Shown here: one piece after another, positions 50,178 to 64,000 of the stretch
Layout: every line of letters begins with the position of its first letter
Position numbering within the stretch: position 1 is the first letter of the stretch
NCBI GenBank assembly: GCA_029717555.1
Contig: JAMDHS010000009.1
Span: forward strand, 248,001-312,000
Reading direction: 5' to 3'
Source of the DNA: Peribolospora baueri
Lineage: Eukaryota
Length of the DNA: 64,000 bases
The notes under the pieces: generated by a model
The model's input: the letters and a program-made list of their open reading frames with translations, nothing else
The model's database searches: none
What the model was told of the DNA's origin: nothing
Position numbers and translations under genes: made by a program

Positions 50178-52741
50178 ATGACGATGGCTGCCTCTAACGC
50201 TCCCTTTGTCCTTCGCTGGGGTGAGTTATGTGCTACCAGGCGTCCTTGCAGGTCGGAACGCAAAACCCGGGCAAGGTTCCGCAGACCTTCGGTTATTCAG
50301 CTGCTGATGACACCTTACCTTTAACATCTCTGTTCTATCTCTCTTCCTTTGTTTATTTCTCGTGTATTCATATGTACGATTTCTATTTCCGTTTACGAAT
50401 TTCTCGGCATCGCAAAACAGGCATTCTTGCCACTGGAGGCATCGCGGAGAAATTCACGAGTGGGTGAGTAAAAGGCTGTCGCTTCAAGCCTTTGCACCCA
50501 GTGTTGACGAGTGCTTCACTTGACTTTATAATCGTTTGCAACGTTTTAATTCCCCGTTTTCAGTGAGCGGCTGGCGTCGACGCGTGGTCTTTCTCCATAT
50601 GCGCACACGCTCGTCGTAGTAGTCTAAAGAGAAATGTTCCGCTCTTACCCTTCCGGCTCCCACCGTCGCGTATACCGCATTCTCTGCCTTCGCACCTAAC
50701 TTTCTCCGGTCTAGATCTTCTCCTTGATCCCGCGACCCGCGGCGTCACCGACGTCAAGCATGTCGTCACTGCTGTAGCCTCTTCCTCCTCAGTTGACAAG
50801 GCTAGGCAGTTCTGCCAGAAGGTCACTGATGGAAAGGGCGATGAGATCAAGGTAGGGGTTTCTTTTTCCCTCCATGTCCGGCCGTTCGTTTCAATATTTG
50901 AGAGAGCAGGACACTTTTGTGTTTCCACGGCGTCGTGTTTCCCTTATCTTCCTTTTGTAGATCTGACGTTGGTCGCTCGCTCCGCTTCTAGACCTATGGA
51001 AACTACGAAGAGCTCGTCATGGACCCCAACGTGGACATCATCTACGTTGCCACGCCGCACTCGCACCACTACGATAATACGCTTCTGTGCCTCGAGGCTG
51101 GGAAGTCTGTTTGCTGCGAGGTGACTGTCAATGTCGATCGAAGATGATATGAGGAGGGTGGATGGATTACTCATACTTTCCGATATTGTGGCTGTATCTT
51201 TCCATGAAATGTTTCCAGAAACCTTTTACCATCAATGCCCAGCAGACGGAGCAGCTCATCGCTGTTGCGAAAGCAAAGGGTCTCTTCCTCATGGAGGCTC
51301 AATGGACGAGGTGGGTGCTGGAAACGGCATTCATTCCTTCACTGGCGCCAAAGCAAAGTGCACCATGACTACTTTGTGCCTCACCATTCTCATCGTGACG
51401 TTGCGTTGTCTGTAGGTTCTTCCCTCTCACCTTGGAACTTCAGCGTCTCATCCACAAGGAGCGTATTCTCGGCAAGATCCAACGTGTCCATGCCGACGTG
51501 AGTGCTCCGCTTCGTCTCCTTGTCTGTCGTTTATTTGGCCAACCTGTGGGCGAATGTCAGTCTCACTGACTCTCCGAGCTTGGTGCCCGTCTTCGCCAGT
51601 TTGGCCTCTCCTTTGAGCCCGATCCCAAGCACCGTCTTTTCAACCCCGATCTTGGCGGCGGCGCCCTACTCGACCTCGGCATTTATCCCCTCATCTGGAA
51701 CTTTTTGACGCTCTACCAGGATCCGGACAACAAGTTGACTGCTCCCAAGGTGAGCCCACCAAATAGAGCATGAAACGGCGCGCGACGAAGGGAAGAGAGC
51801 CCTCGGTGCTTGCGGCTGGCACGGGATTTTGCGCAAAATTGCGCTGTATCTCCGATCAAGTTCGTCGTTAACTAGCTTGGTGCTATTGAACGTATGGTGA
51901 TATTCTCTGCAGGTGACCAGCACGATGCTCAAAACGCCGTTGACCAACGTCGACGAGTTCACCACCGTCTCTCTTCTCTTTGAGAAGTCGCACACTGTGG
52001 GCTTGGCCACAACCAATGTAGGTGCCTTTTTTTTTTCTCTTTACGGTTCTAACTAGAACCACGTTTTGTCGTTTTCATTCCGGTTCAGCCCACCCACTTT
52101 GGCAACACGGACTTACATCTCGTTGGGCTTGTCTTGTTGTGTGTGCTTGGTCTTCGCTTTACAGATGACAGTCAACACGCCCAAGCCCGGTTATTTCTGC
52201 CTCATCCAGGGCGAGAAGGGCAACATCACAGTGGGCGGCAACCCTTTCCGTCCCGAGTTGTGCGTCCGACCGTTTTCCTTTCTTGGAATGCCTTGGCTAT
52301 GGCGTCATATCTCACGCATTTCATTCCTTCGTCATCTGTCCTTCTCTTGCTCTGCCCCTTACAGCTTCACCATCCAGCTTAATTCTTCTCCCGACAAGCC
52401 CGAAAAGCGCGAGTTTGCGATTGTCGGCAACGGGCAGCACTGGGAGGCTGACGCTTGCGCTCGCGCGATCAGGGACGGCAAGAAGGAGAGCAAGGGCATG
52501 ACGTGGTGTGAGTGGTGGAGTCGGAATTGGATTTTGTTTGTACTCCTGCTCGCCGTGGCGACCATTTACTATCGATGCTAACTAGCTGCATTCGCCTCGT
52601 TTCGTATTCCATCGGTCTCCTCACTCTCCTTGATCATCTTCGTCAGCGGAGTCGCTCCTCCTCATGCAGGTCATGGATCAGGTCCGCGCTCAGAACGATT
52701 TCCGCTACCCCGATGCGCTCGAGGCTGTGCGCTCCAAGTGA
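50178..52741 (+). CDS. GFO/IDH/MocA oxidoreductase (dihydrodiol dehydrogenase / D-xylose 1-dehydrogenase-like); many exons
   Basis: [59 protein letters not shown], and WEAD..AR. Confidence 0.9.
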
Positions 52742-53349
52742 GCGGTGTCTTGCCATGCAGACGCTCCATTGACGGACCCTCTACCGAGACCCTCGAGGTG
52801 GAACCCGGCGCGCGGGTCGGTCACTGACCCGGCTTCGCGCTACTTATTTATTCGGCGTACTTGGGTTAGACATCGTGAACTTGTCTGATAGGTCGCTCGG
52901 ATCGGAGTTATTGCGAGCCGGTAGGAGAATGACCAATGACCCTTGGACGAGAGCCCTCTGCCGTCATGAAAGGATGGCCGGTTTGATTATCGAGTACTTA
53001 GACAGCGGCGGTACCGAAAGATCATCGGCCAGAACGCTCCTTCTCTCGTCATAGACACAAAGATATCCCGATCAGCGAGGCGTCAATGAACGAAAAATCT
53101 CGTCCTCCTTCTTACCGCTCTCGACTCGTCCGCTTTGGGTGGGGCCGTCCGGCTCGGCGAGTGACCGGGTCCGGCTCCCCGGACTCCGCACCGCTTCCCC
53201 GCGCCCAGAGATAATAAATCCGGCGCTCCTTTTCAACGCCATCTTCCTTCCACGCTCACCTCCTCCTCGACCCGCACCTCCATCTCCATCTCCATTCCCT
53301 CTCCATCTCCATCTCTAGCCCAATCTCCTCTCCAACCAGGACAGCCACC

Positions 53350-55602
53350 ATGTCGAGCCCAGCCCAGATCACCACCGAGCTCACCAAGGCGCTCGGCATC
53401 AAGCACCCCATCCTCCTCGCCGGTGAGCACCACACCCAACGGGCGGCCGTGTCGGACGGAGGAGACACACCTGACCACCGCTCCCGCATTCTTTCGCTTG
53501 CCATTCTGACACTCCCCCTCTCTCGCTCGGCCGCTTCTCTTTCAATCCAGGTATGAACGTTGCCGCTGGACCGGAACTCGCCGCGGCTGTAACCAACGCA
53601 GGCGGCTTCGGTGTCATCGGAGGGTGAGCAATCGCTCCTGGCTTTTCTCGACCTGACCCTCTGCGTCATGGGCTTATTTCGAGCGCACCCTTCCATCACT
53701 CGCTCCTATCGACTCTCTCTCTAAGGATCGGCTACACCCCAAAGTTCCTTCGCCAACAAATCGCCACGCTCAAGGAGCATCTCAACGACAAGAACGCGCC
53801 CTTCGGCGTCGACCTCCTTCTTCCCCAGGTCGGAGGATCGGCCCGCAAGACCAACTACGACTACACGCAGGGCCACCTTCCTGAGCTTGTTGATGTTATT
53901 ATTGAGAGCGGCGCCAAGCTTTTTGTGTGAGTTGCAGGGTCGGACGCTTGTATCGAAGAGGAAGGGGGCCCGCATTGGAGACCGCCGGTAGTCATGTGTA
54001 TGTTGTCCATTGACCATGGCCTTTCCATTGCCCTTGTGACACAGCTGCGCCGTCGGTGTCCCTCCTAAGGACGTTGTCGACCGGTTCCACAAGGCCAAAA
54101 TCCCGTGAGTGGACTGGTTTCGAACTTTCTTCGATCGCCGTTCTCTCAGAGCATTTACGCCGTCGTCCCTCGCTTGGTCGCGCCTTCCCTATACAAGAAT
54201 CATGAACATGATCGGTGAGTGTACAGTTTGCTTGTTCGAGAATATCTTTCTCGTACGTTCTCACGACAGCACAACTGACTTCCACTCTGCGACTTCCCGT
54301 CCTCGTCTGCATCGGTTCGCGCCTTCCCCTCTTGTATCTCAATAGGCCACCCCAAGCACGTCGAGAAGGCGCTCCAAGCGGGAGTTGATATCATCTGCGC
54401 CCAGGGTGGCGAGGGTGGCGGTCACACGGGCGATGTGCCTACCTCGTGAGTTTTGTCGAGCCAGCTCTACCGCCCGTCTTTCCTCCGATCATACTTTCCA
54501 ACGCCGTTGGGGCCGCTTGACATTCTCAACGTGCGTCCCTGTCTTTCCTTCAGCATCCTTATTCCGCGCGTCGTCGAGCTCTGCAAAGGGCGCAAGAGCC
54601 CGCTCACCGGCAAGGACGTTTACGTTGTCGCGGCCGGAGGCATGTACCGGGGTAGCCAGCTCGCCGCTGCTCTCATGTGCGTTGTACCGGTACCTAGCTT
54701 CGCCTTGACATTGGCTTCCATTCGGTTCTGATGTTCTTTGGTTGCTTCCATTCTCTCATCGCATTCCCTTTGCAGGTGGGGAGCGCAGGCGGTTTGGGTA
54801 GGCACGCGGTTCGTGTGTGCCACCGAAGCGGGCGCGCCCAAGAGGCACCAGGAGGCCATCATGAAGTCTAACCACGAAAGCGACGTCCGCACGATCATCT
54901 TCACCGGAAGGCCTTTGCGTGAGTCAACCCGTCTGAGGCACAGTGGAGACGTACGAAAGTGCAGGATGGGATCACCTGATAGCGGTTTCCGGTATTCTTG
55001 CGATCGTCCTGGCATTTCTCGGCGCTAGGCGTGTACAAGACGCCTTACATCATGGACTGGTAAGTCTCTGCGTCCAGCACGGGCGTGCCGTCACTGTTTC
55101 CCTCTCACTCTTTTCGCCGCGTTATGGCTTGACTTTCTTCGTCCTCACCTATGCCCTACCTTTCTCCTTTCGTTCTCTAGGGAGGACAACCGCCAGGCGG
55201 AGATCAAAGAGCTGACAAGCAAGGGCGTCATCCCCGTCTACCACGACCTGGACCACGACGACGAGGAGGGAAGCAAGGAGGCCGCCGCGCGCGAGAGGTG
55301 GCTCATGGGCAAGGTCGCCGCCGTCGTCAATGTGAGCGACTGACCGCCGTTCCGCGCTTCTTCCCGTCCCGGGGAAGGAGGAAGAGAGGGGGGGGGGCGG
55401 CTTTTAAGGAATTAGATCAGTTGAGATCGACGGATAGAGATGGATTGACTGACTGAATCTTGCCTCTTCATCCATCCGTTTGGTTCGCGTTGCACAGGAC
55501 GTGCAGCCGGCGCGCCAGATCATCGACGAGATGGTCAACGAGGCGGCCGAGCGCCTCAGGACCGGTCCTCAGCTGCTCATCCGTCCTTCGTCCAAGCTCT
55601 GA
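53350..55602 (+). CDS. Nitronate monooxygenase / 2-nitropropane dioxygenase family flavoprotein, C-terminal SKL
   Basis: LGIKHPILLAG|MNVAAGPELAAAVTNAGGFGVIGG, PFGVDLLLPQVGG, AQGGEGGGHTG, VVAAGG, VWVGTRFV, and terminal RPSSKL*. Confidence 0.9.
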
Positions 55603-56135
55603 TCTAGATCGCACGCAAGTCGCGGCTGCTGTGCTCGTCCCGTTGAGCGCAAGGTGGTTTGGTTTGGATTCTTCTTTCAAAGGCTATTTCTGCTTGGGTT
55701 TTTTTCTTCGCTCGCTCCTCTTTTGAATCTGAGATTAATGTGAACGTGTGTGACTAGCTAGCTACGTCTCCTCCTTCCTGAGCACGTGTTTCTGCTGGAG
55801 CGGGATGATATCGACGTTTGAGAGTTTCCTTCTCTCACTTTTGTCACCGACGCCGTCAGGAATATAAACAAACGCAAGCACGAAATACCGATACGTAGAA
55901 GTGATTCGACCGTAGATATGCGCCCGCGATGCGGGCTAATGATAGAAGGGTTAGAAGAGCAGCTACCAACAGAAACGATAAAAGCGGGGCTCGGTCGAGG
56001 CGATAAGTAAAGAATACGCTCGACGCGTACGAATGCTAAAATCTACATTAGGAGGAGTACCGGTGGGTGGGTGTGCTCGCCCTCTTCTACTTTTCAATGT
56101 CCTTTTTTCCCAACCCAGACTCTGTAGCCTCGCTC

Positions 56136-59100
56136 TCATTTCTTACCCAGGAGCCACTTCCTCTCGCTCTTGCCCTCGCTCGCACCCTCATCCTCGTCGT
56201 CTTGGTCCCGGGTTTCGTCACCGGCGTGTGCTGGGTCCTTGACGATCATGGCTGCAGGAACGATGCGAGGCGTCGGACCTGCCGCTTCGACGATGTACGG
56301 TGACTCCGGCGAAGGCGACACGCCTCCAATAGGTGAGCGCGCTCCTTGTGGCGAGGTGGCGTACGACTGGACGATGGCGCTGCCCTGGGAATAGTGTTGC
56401 TGACTTCCGTTAATCGTTGGACTGGATGGCGTAGAGAACGTAGTTGGCATGGACATCTTCTTGACAACCTCTGCAGGGCGGAAGGAGAGCCAAATCTTTT
56501 CAGATACGCAAATCAGACGAACAAAGACAGCGCGCAAATGAGCCTCACTATCGAAGGCCCGAGGCGTATCCGCGCTTGCCGAAGCCGATACGTCATGATC
56601 CAGAGAATTCGCCCTGTTCATGGTACCATACGCCTTGCGCATGGGCGCTCGCTGTGGTCCGCCGTATTTCCTTCGGCGTTCGATTATGCCGCGCAGGAGA
56701 GGCGCCCAAGCAGCGCCCGGAGCATTGTCGCGAGGATCGGAGCGGCGGACTTGTATTTTCGAGTGCACGTCCACAAAGACGTCTGTCTCGTCGATGATCT
56801 TTTCGAGAGGACAGAGTTAAAAACAGGTGTAGGTTGGTTTAGCACCAGAGGGTATGACAGCGCACGGGGGCCACGATTTCGCACTCACTTCCTCGCCGAT
56901 CATCTCTTCGATGATGTCTTCCAGCGTGACCACGCCCATGGCGCCCCTTTGCTCCCCGGGGTTTTTGGACACCAGAACCATGTGAGACCGTCCTTGTTGA
57001 ACTGCAGTGCGTGAGAATGGACAAAAACAGGTGAGCATCGCCGCAAAGGGAGAAAGTCCCCGTCACCACAGACGCGCACAGTAATTCAAGCAATCAAGTC
57101 TGTTTAAATAAAGGGGTTAAAACGCGGGCTGAGCTTGCGGCTTCCAGAAACCTTGCCAGGCAACCACTCACAATGAGAGCTCAGGGCTGGCCTCGGGAAG
57201 TGGCGTGAGCGGGAAGTGCGACACAGGCAGACAGTCTTCGGGATCGTAGGTGATGAGTTTTTTAACGCTGGAAAATACATGCACGTCCGGTGAGAATACA
57301 GCTCCAGCGATAAGTGGACAAGAGGGGAAGTCGACTCACAGCAACATGCCCAGAATGTTCTCTGGCTTCCCGGACTCGTAAATGGGTACACGACTGTAGC
57401 CGGAGTGAACGAGCTGCCAGATGCAATATGGATGCCACGGGGATGTAAGTTCGTCGAGGCCCTTCGCATGACACAAATGACGGACGCCATGCGCCCACAT
57501 TCTGAATCGCCTTCTCATCTAAAACAGCATCTGAGCTGAGGCAGAAAACATCATCGATGGGGGTCATAACGTCCTCGACGGTTTTACTGAGTGACCAAAG
57601 CAAATAAAAACATGTAGGGCGTCAGATGCACAGAGACGGCGCGAGTCCGCAGGTAGGCAAGGCGAAGAGCAGAGAGAACGTACTCGTTCAGGTCCAGAAC
57701 AGCACGAATACTGCAAGTGGAAACAATAAGAAATCGCTAAGAGACGAGCGTATCAACTTGGGCGGACGAAGAATGATCTTACATTGTGACTTCGTCCTCA
57801 TTGAGATTGTCGGTGCCAATTTGCTGGTGCAGAGACACGAGCGTCTTCAACTCTACAAGAGGCACGCATGCTCTGCCATGAGAGAAGAACATAGGAGAGC
57901 TCTGAAATGGACCTTTAGAAGAACTCACCCGCTTTGCGATACGTCGTTCCGTGGTCTTGGCCCAGTGCCCAGTCGAGGAGCTTGGCGATGGGCCAGGCAA
58001 CGGGCGAAAGGATCCACATTACGATCCTTGTATGCACGCAACAGGGCAATGGTTGGACACGTAGACGTTAGCAACCCATATTATATAAGACTTCAAAGGA
58101 CCAGGCAGACCGCGCGCGCTGGCATGCCCTCATCACTTCCTCATTGCAAGGACTCACCTGACGAGGGGAGCACAGAATGCTCCAATTGCGAGACCGTGAC
58201 GAGCGCAGATGGACTGAGGGATGATTTCGCCAAAGATGACAATGAGTGCCGTGGACCTGTTCGGGCAGGGAAGGAGACGGAATTTTCAATGGACATGAAC
58301 GACACATCAGTCATAGCTCGCAAGAAACCACGGACGGGAGGAGCATACGTACGTCAAGACAGCCGTCAGGCCCGAGCCAAAGACGGACAAGAAGATTGGC
58401 AGGGACTCGTTCACTGTAACGACGTAAACATTTAGATATGCCAGAACGGGCGTGGGCATGATCATGTAAGACCAGCCGAAGGCAAAAGACCGCCTCTGAA
58501 CAGTCCGAGAACTCGCTTAAATCACCGCTTCTAGACTCACCGATTACGTTGCCAAGCAGGAGCACAACGAGACACCAATGCCGGCCCATGTTGAGCAAGT
58601 TGAGCACCTTTGACGCTGCCTTGCGCTCCTCAGGTGTGCCGGAGGACGCGAGCACGGTCAGATTGATGTGGTCCAAGCCCATAAGTCCGAGAGTGAGGCC
58701 GGCGAAGATACCACCAAGAAGGACGAGACCCTGTAATGTAGATCAACGACAATTCCATAAGCGGAACGGACTCGGAGTCTGCATTTGCTAGTCGTCATTA
58801 TCTGGACAAGACGCAACTCACGGCAATGATAAGGAGGTTGAACACAAGCTCCCACGGATTGCCTGACGGGACCCTGTGGAGCACGAGCAGCAAACAAAGA
58901 CCGTCAGCTTTCGAAGTTCAAGACAGGCCATCTATACCGGAACCACCAGAGGGTAGAATGGACAGGCCCAGGGACTTTGCTTTGCTTACCCTTCGTCTGC
59001 ACCACCATGCACGACGTGGACCGTGCCGGCCGGGGCAGCGCGAGAGATGCCTATCATCTGAGGGACGAGGGATGAAAGAAGGAGGAGAATCTTCGCCGAA

Positions 59101-59159
59101 GAATGAGAGCCATTTCGTAATAGCGGAGATGGGACGGCGGCGGAACCGGCGGCTGGCAT
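56136..59159 (-). CDS. MAM3: CNNM/Mam3 DUF21-CBS metal homeostasis membrane protein
   Basis: [19 protein letters not shown]...[35 protein letters not shown], and [16 protein letters not shown]. Start inferred from a signal-peptide-like first exon. Confidence 0.9.
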
Positions 59160-60460
59160 GTCGATATCGGGGTAAGGAGACGAGCGCGCGGAGAAGCGGG
59201 AGGGTCGGCGTCGGCGAGACGGAGAGCGCTAGAGAGAGCGGCAAGAGACCGCACCAGGCAGGCGAGCCGGAGCGGGGTGTGTTGAAGAAAGTCGAGAAGA
59301 GAGTATACAAGGATGTAGAGGAGATCGGCGGCGCTGGCCGTGGAGCGTTGTGTCGTCCACCTTCGACGCTTCCGGTGTAATCATCCGCTGCCAAGATTGA
59401 GGATGACCGTCTTGGTTGGAACGGGACGGTGAGCTTAGTCAGCACGGAAGGCACGTGCCGACGGCGACAACGGCGACGACAGCGACGACGACAACGACGA
59501 CATCGTGTTTGACCACTTCCTCGACTTTCCGTACGGTTCGCACTGAGCAACCGGTTCTCTCTCCCGCTCGCTGAGATGCGCTGCTGATCCCTTGCCATAA
59601 TGGATTTCCCCGCAAGCTCATTTTCTCTCTCTAATCCGTCCAGGGCAGGCACAGCCGATTGTGTCCGGCTGCAGTAGCAATTGAAAAGATAGACATGGTC
59701 GGCGTGAGGACGGACCCCTTGCCCCTCTTGCCGTCGCTGTCGTCCACTGCATATGTACATGACCAGTTCATCCGTATCACTGCGTCATGACGCGTTTTGA
59801 CAATAGCCCTCGTATCGCCTGATTCACTTCGCTCGGATCGGAACTCCTTGCATTCCACAAATCCGAGGTGGGCTACAAGGTGAAGAGGATGCGGGCCGCC
59901 GACTGTCCCGGCGTGAGTGCTTACTGCTCACGTCAGCAGAGATCGCTCACCGACCGCGACCTCGATGGACGGTTCGCATAGCAGCACATGTCCTTCGAGC
60001 TGCCCCATGTCTGGCGATTGTCATACCGTGGGCATCGTTGAGAAAGAAGTCGGCCATGCCGTCGAGGACTTTGCGATGGGTGATAGGAAGAGCGCGCGGC
60101 GTCAACATGTTAGCTCACCATTTTACTCCTGTGCCAGGTTTCCGGCTTCACCTCCTGGACTACCAGTCTGGTCCAGCGAGTGCAAAGCGAATAAGTATAC
60201 CGCTTTAAACGTCAGCATGATCGACTACGGTGATGGTGAGTGCGCGCGCTCGTCGCCGAGGTATCTTAGTAACACGGCTCCGAACCCGCTGATGCAGTGT
60301 CTTTTCTCGCTTACATTTTGCTCGCATTCCCGGTACAGCTGCCCACAAACGTTTTCATAGAGGAAGCCGCCGAGAAGAATCGAGTAGGAGCGGACTTAAA
60401 TACCGAAACGAGCATGACACGACTGTCTCTTGGAAACAACATTGTGGTAGTCCTACCGCA

Positions 60461-61003
60461 TCAATGCATCGCTCGACATTCATCCCGCCACGACCTGAAC
60501 TTGTCCAATGTTTGCTGACCGACGTGGAAGCGGCCGTCTTGGGTGACCATGCGCCCCTCAGCCTCAAAGAGGGAGATGAGGTCTTCGAGCGCGTTCTGGA
60601 GCGCGCTCATCTTCTCTTCGAACAGGTACGGGTTCTCCGCGGTGTGTGCCGGGCTGAGTGCCGACCCCTGCCCTCCTTTAGGAATCGGAGTTCGTTTGGG
60701 GTTCTCATGCCGAGGGTCCGCCGGCGGCTCGAAGTGCTCTGGCGGAGGCGCGGCTGCAGAGACGGACAGGAAGGGCGCGACAGGGATAGAGGAATAGGTA
60801 GGGACAACCAAGATATTCAATCCTCCGGGCCTGGTTAAAAAGGTAGAGCGGGAACAAGCACATGCCACTCACGAATGGGGTCGGCTTTGGGATACACGCC
60901 GGCAGGGTTCTCCCTAGTCGGCTCAGGGCCCTTGGCGCCGCTGGTCTGGCCGGGGAACTTTGCGTCTGCTTCGCCTAAAAGAAGGGGAAGCGAAGAGGCC
61001 ATG
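60461..61003 (-). CDS. Hypothetical protein (two overlapping ORFs, probably joined by an intron)
   Basis: Protein-like ORFs 60835..61050 and 60461..60868 (NPYLFEEKMSALQNALEDLISLFEAEG); no family recognised. Confidence 0.3.
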
Positions 61004-61607
61004 AGAGGAGCTAGGAGCTCTTGCTCGCTCTGCGTGCGCGGGAATCTCACCTAGCATGATTGCACGATAGAGAAGAGGGACAGGAGTGTCAGGATGAGGA
61101 ATGAAGAGATGATGTGTGTCGTGCAAGAAGAGCGAAGCGACGACGAGCCAGTTCTTCGATCTGGTCGTCTACACACTCGATCACTGACGTCACGCTAGCC
61201 GAGCATGGGACCACCTCGGGAGGCCACATTGTCTTGCGCCAGCTCCAGCCTTAGCTGCCTTTGACCTGTAGTTAGCTATTTCAGCCAGCTCTAATCCTTT
61301 CGTGTCCTCATCTGCGGGACGAACGACGGCATAGGTCCATCTTCCTTCACCCTAGCCACCTGCCATGGGCAAGCGGGCTAGCGAACCGTGAAACCGGGGT
61401 AGTCATCACGTGCTTCACTTGCCTCGACTATTTCCCTCTGGATCATCGCCCGTCTTGTCTCGCCCTACTTAACTGCTCACCCATCTCAGAGCGCCTCACC
61501 GCTGCCCCTTGTCTTCGCCGATGCTCCTGCTTCAGAACGCGTGGGGGGAAACAAGGTCCGGACGACTGCCGAGCAGCGACGGCGCTCTGATCCTTCGGGG
61601 AGGCTCC

Positions 61608-61618
61608 GATAAGATAAG
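61608..61618 (+). promoter_or_regulatory. Tandem GATAAG (GATA-factor) sites upstream of the nickel permease
   Basis: GATAAGATAAG about 160 nt upstream of the inferred ATG at 61775. Confidence 0.5.
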
Positions 61619-61774
61619 GTGGCTCACTTAATCCGATCTATACGAAGGCTTTCCTCCTCGCCCTCATACCATTCGCACCCACACAGGAAAGAAGAGCAGA
61701 GCAGAGCATAGCAGAAGGACAACAGCCAAGGCGAGCGACAAGCCTTGTCCCCTCCCCCTTCTCTGTCCCCGATC

Positions 61775-64000
61775 ATGGTCCTCGTCGCTCCGGCCCCCGA
61801 CACCGACGCCTGTCCATCTCACTGCGAGCACCGCCAGCGGGGCATAGCAGGCAGTCACGAGACCTCGGAGGCCAGCCTCAGAGCAGCAGAATTGAGGGAC
61901 AGGTTCTCCGCGGGTGGAGATGCGCATGAACAGGAGGGGAGCGAGCCGTGCAATGAAAGAGTGAGCGTCCATCAACCGCCTCGGAGGACAGAGGATTGCA
62001 TATCCGCAAGCTGGGACAGTCCAAAAAGGACTGGCGAAGGTGCTATGAGAACGGGAACGTCTCCGTTGACCATAGGTATTCGTTTTTGTCTCAGTTCCTC
62101 TCATCTGCGCAGCCGCCCACACATATCAAGGCAGAATCGGAAGTGACGCAAGCTAACCTCCGAGCTCCCTCGCCAACCTTGCTCTCGCGTTCAAATCCAC
62201 CAGCCTCCGCCTCGTCCCGCTCACACTTCCCCAGCCAGCTCTTTTATCGTATCCGACGCCGCTTCCTCACCCGCCGCCTATCGAAGCCGAAGGCCTCTCG
62301 CACGCTCACCCTTTTCGGCCGCTCCCTCCTCCTCATTCTTCTAGAACTTCTGGCCAACATTGTGCTCTGGGTCGTTTCAAGCTCCTGTAGTCGGGACACC
62401 AGGGGCGTATTGGGAGTTGCCTTGATTGCTTGGGTGGGTCTCTTCTGGTCCTATTTGTCAAAGGCGGATGGGACGCCGCGGCGAGCGCGACTCCGGAAGG
62501 ACCGTGGACGATCCACCGATCCTTCCTCGGTGCCCATCCACATTGTTCGCTTCCATTTCGGTCCTCAGTCAGATCCAGTTTAGTTACTCACCTCGCACCG
62601 CGCCTCGTCTCACACACAGACCATCGGTCTTCGACACGGCTTAGACGCAGATCATAGTGAGCCTAACCTTCACTCGTCCTCTAGTCTCCTGTCCTCCCCC
62701 CTCTTTCGCCTCCTTCCTCGCCGATATGCCCTTGACCTTTACTCTTACTTTTGCCTCAACTCTCGTCGGATCCCAAGTCAGCGCGATAGACAACGCAACC
62801 CGTCGAATGGTCTCCCTCTCACGCCGTCCCGTCACTTGCGGTCTTTTCTTCTCCCTCGGACATAGCACCATTGTTGTGACGGTCGTGAGTGGAAAAAGAG
62901 CCAACGGTCGATGCGACGTCAACATTTCCTTCCTCGATCTAACGCTCGAGCCCCTCTTATGGTGCAGTCTGAGAAAGAAAGCGTGAAACGCTGACATGTC
63001 CGTTCATCGATGTCCTTTGCTTTTCGTCCCTTCCCGTCCGCATCTCATGATCAGACAACGGCCATAGCCGTCTCCGTCCCCGTCTTCTCTCATCTTTCCG
63101 ATGTCTCTTCCGTAGGCGGCACCGTGGGCACAAGTGTGAGCGCCAGCTTCCTCGCTCTCGTAGGCATAATCAATTCTTTTGTGCTCTGGAGGCTGTGGAG
63201 GGAGAGGAGAAGAAGGCACGCGGAGCCGGGAAGAGGAGGGGGCGGGGGTGAGCGCGATGAAAAGGAGTTTGGGAAGAGGGGACAGGGGCCGGAGGGATTG
63301 GACTTGAAGGAAGAAAAGGTGTGTCGGACGTGCGTCTTGCGTTTGTTCGTTTGCTCCTCCCCTCATCCTAGATTCGCCCTTCACTCCTTCCTTCCTTCCT
63401 TTCCCGACCGGCCCATTCGATTCCCACAGCCAGTATCTTCATTCCCACCCCCCGTCCTCTCCGTCCCCTCCCTCCCTTGTCCGCAGCCCGTTCATTTCCC
63501 TACCTCGCTTGCCACCCCCCTCACCGCAGTGAGGGAGCAGGGAGACGGGAAGACGACGACCGCGGCCGCAGCGGAGGACGCAGAGGATGAGAGCGAGGCG
63601 GTGAGCAACGGAGTGCGCCTGCCACGGGAGAGGAGGAGAACGACGATGGGGTGCATGACGAGAGTCGTCTGGCCTCTATTAAAACTCGTCGATAGGCCTT
63701 GGAAAGTGAGCGACTCGTGCAGTTCCGTCTTCTTCGCCTTGCCTTCTCGAAGCGAGGGTTCGAAAAGGGTCCTGGAAAATTGTGGTGGGGGAAACGGAGC
63801 GATACCTGATCCCACCGCCCGTCTCTTCCTTTTGTTCGCATCCCCGCTTGACGTCGTTTGACGGTACCTCGACGAATCGGCTGGTGGTATATTAGATGTG
63901 AGTCGCATCGATTCGACCCGACCCCTTTCCTCTTTCTCCGTGTTTGCATCGAGAAGGCGAACGCCGAGCTGCCCACCTCGCTCGAGAGAGCGCACGGCTA
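61775..64000 (+). CDS. NIC1: High-affinity nickel/cobalt permease (NiCoT family), 3' truncated by window
   Basis: W|TIGLRHGLDADHI|SAIDNATR signature, FFSLGHSTIV, GTSVSASFL..G..N, and GCMTR...L.K.VDRPWK. Confidence 0.9.

Overview
Intron-rich, GC-rich eukaryotic DNA with GT-AG introns, CTRAY branch points and CT/GA microsatellites. The proteins look like those of a basidiomycete fungus, probably Ustilaginomycotina (inferred). About 22 conventional genes can be spliced by eye: the REV1 3' end, an OSR1/SPAK-type STE20 kinase, LIP2, an F-box protein, a pre-SET/SET/post-SET methyltransferase, an NmrA-like reductase, a sulfotransferase-like P-loop protein, a BCAT, an HSL-family hydrolase, an aldehyde reductase, Mit_KHE1, FKBP12, a Ca/cation exchanger, SFA1, a MINDY deubiquitinase, eIF2D, COP-epsilon, a zf-PARP/AT-hook protein, NDUFA4, a GFO oxidoreductase, a nitronate monooxygenase, MAM3 and a NiCoT nickel permease. 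The most unusual element is at about 10.4-14.2 kb: a head-to-tail array of five, possibly six, diverged ~0.6-0.75 kb units. Each unit encodes a 55-70 aa RanBP2-like zinc-finger microprotein and carries conserved splice signals and spacer motifs, and the copies are in different states of decay. The array is tail-to-tail with a lineage-specific F-box gene whose intron carries a Upf2-like fragment. The second highlight is a sulfotransferase-like gene in tandem with a class-IV aminotransferase, a domain pair that is fused in plants. Exon boundaries were read manually and no database searches were run.
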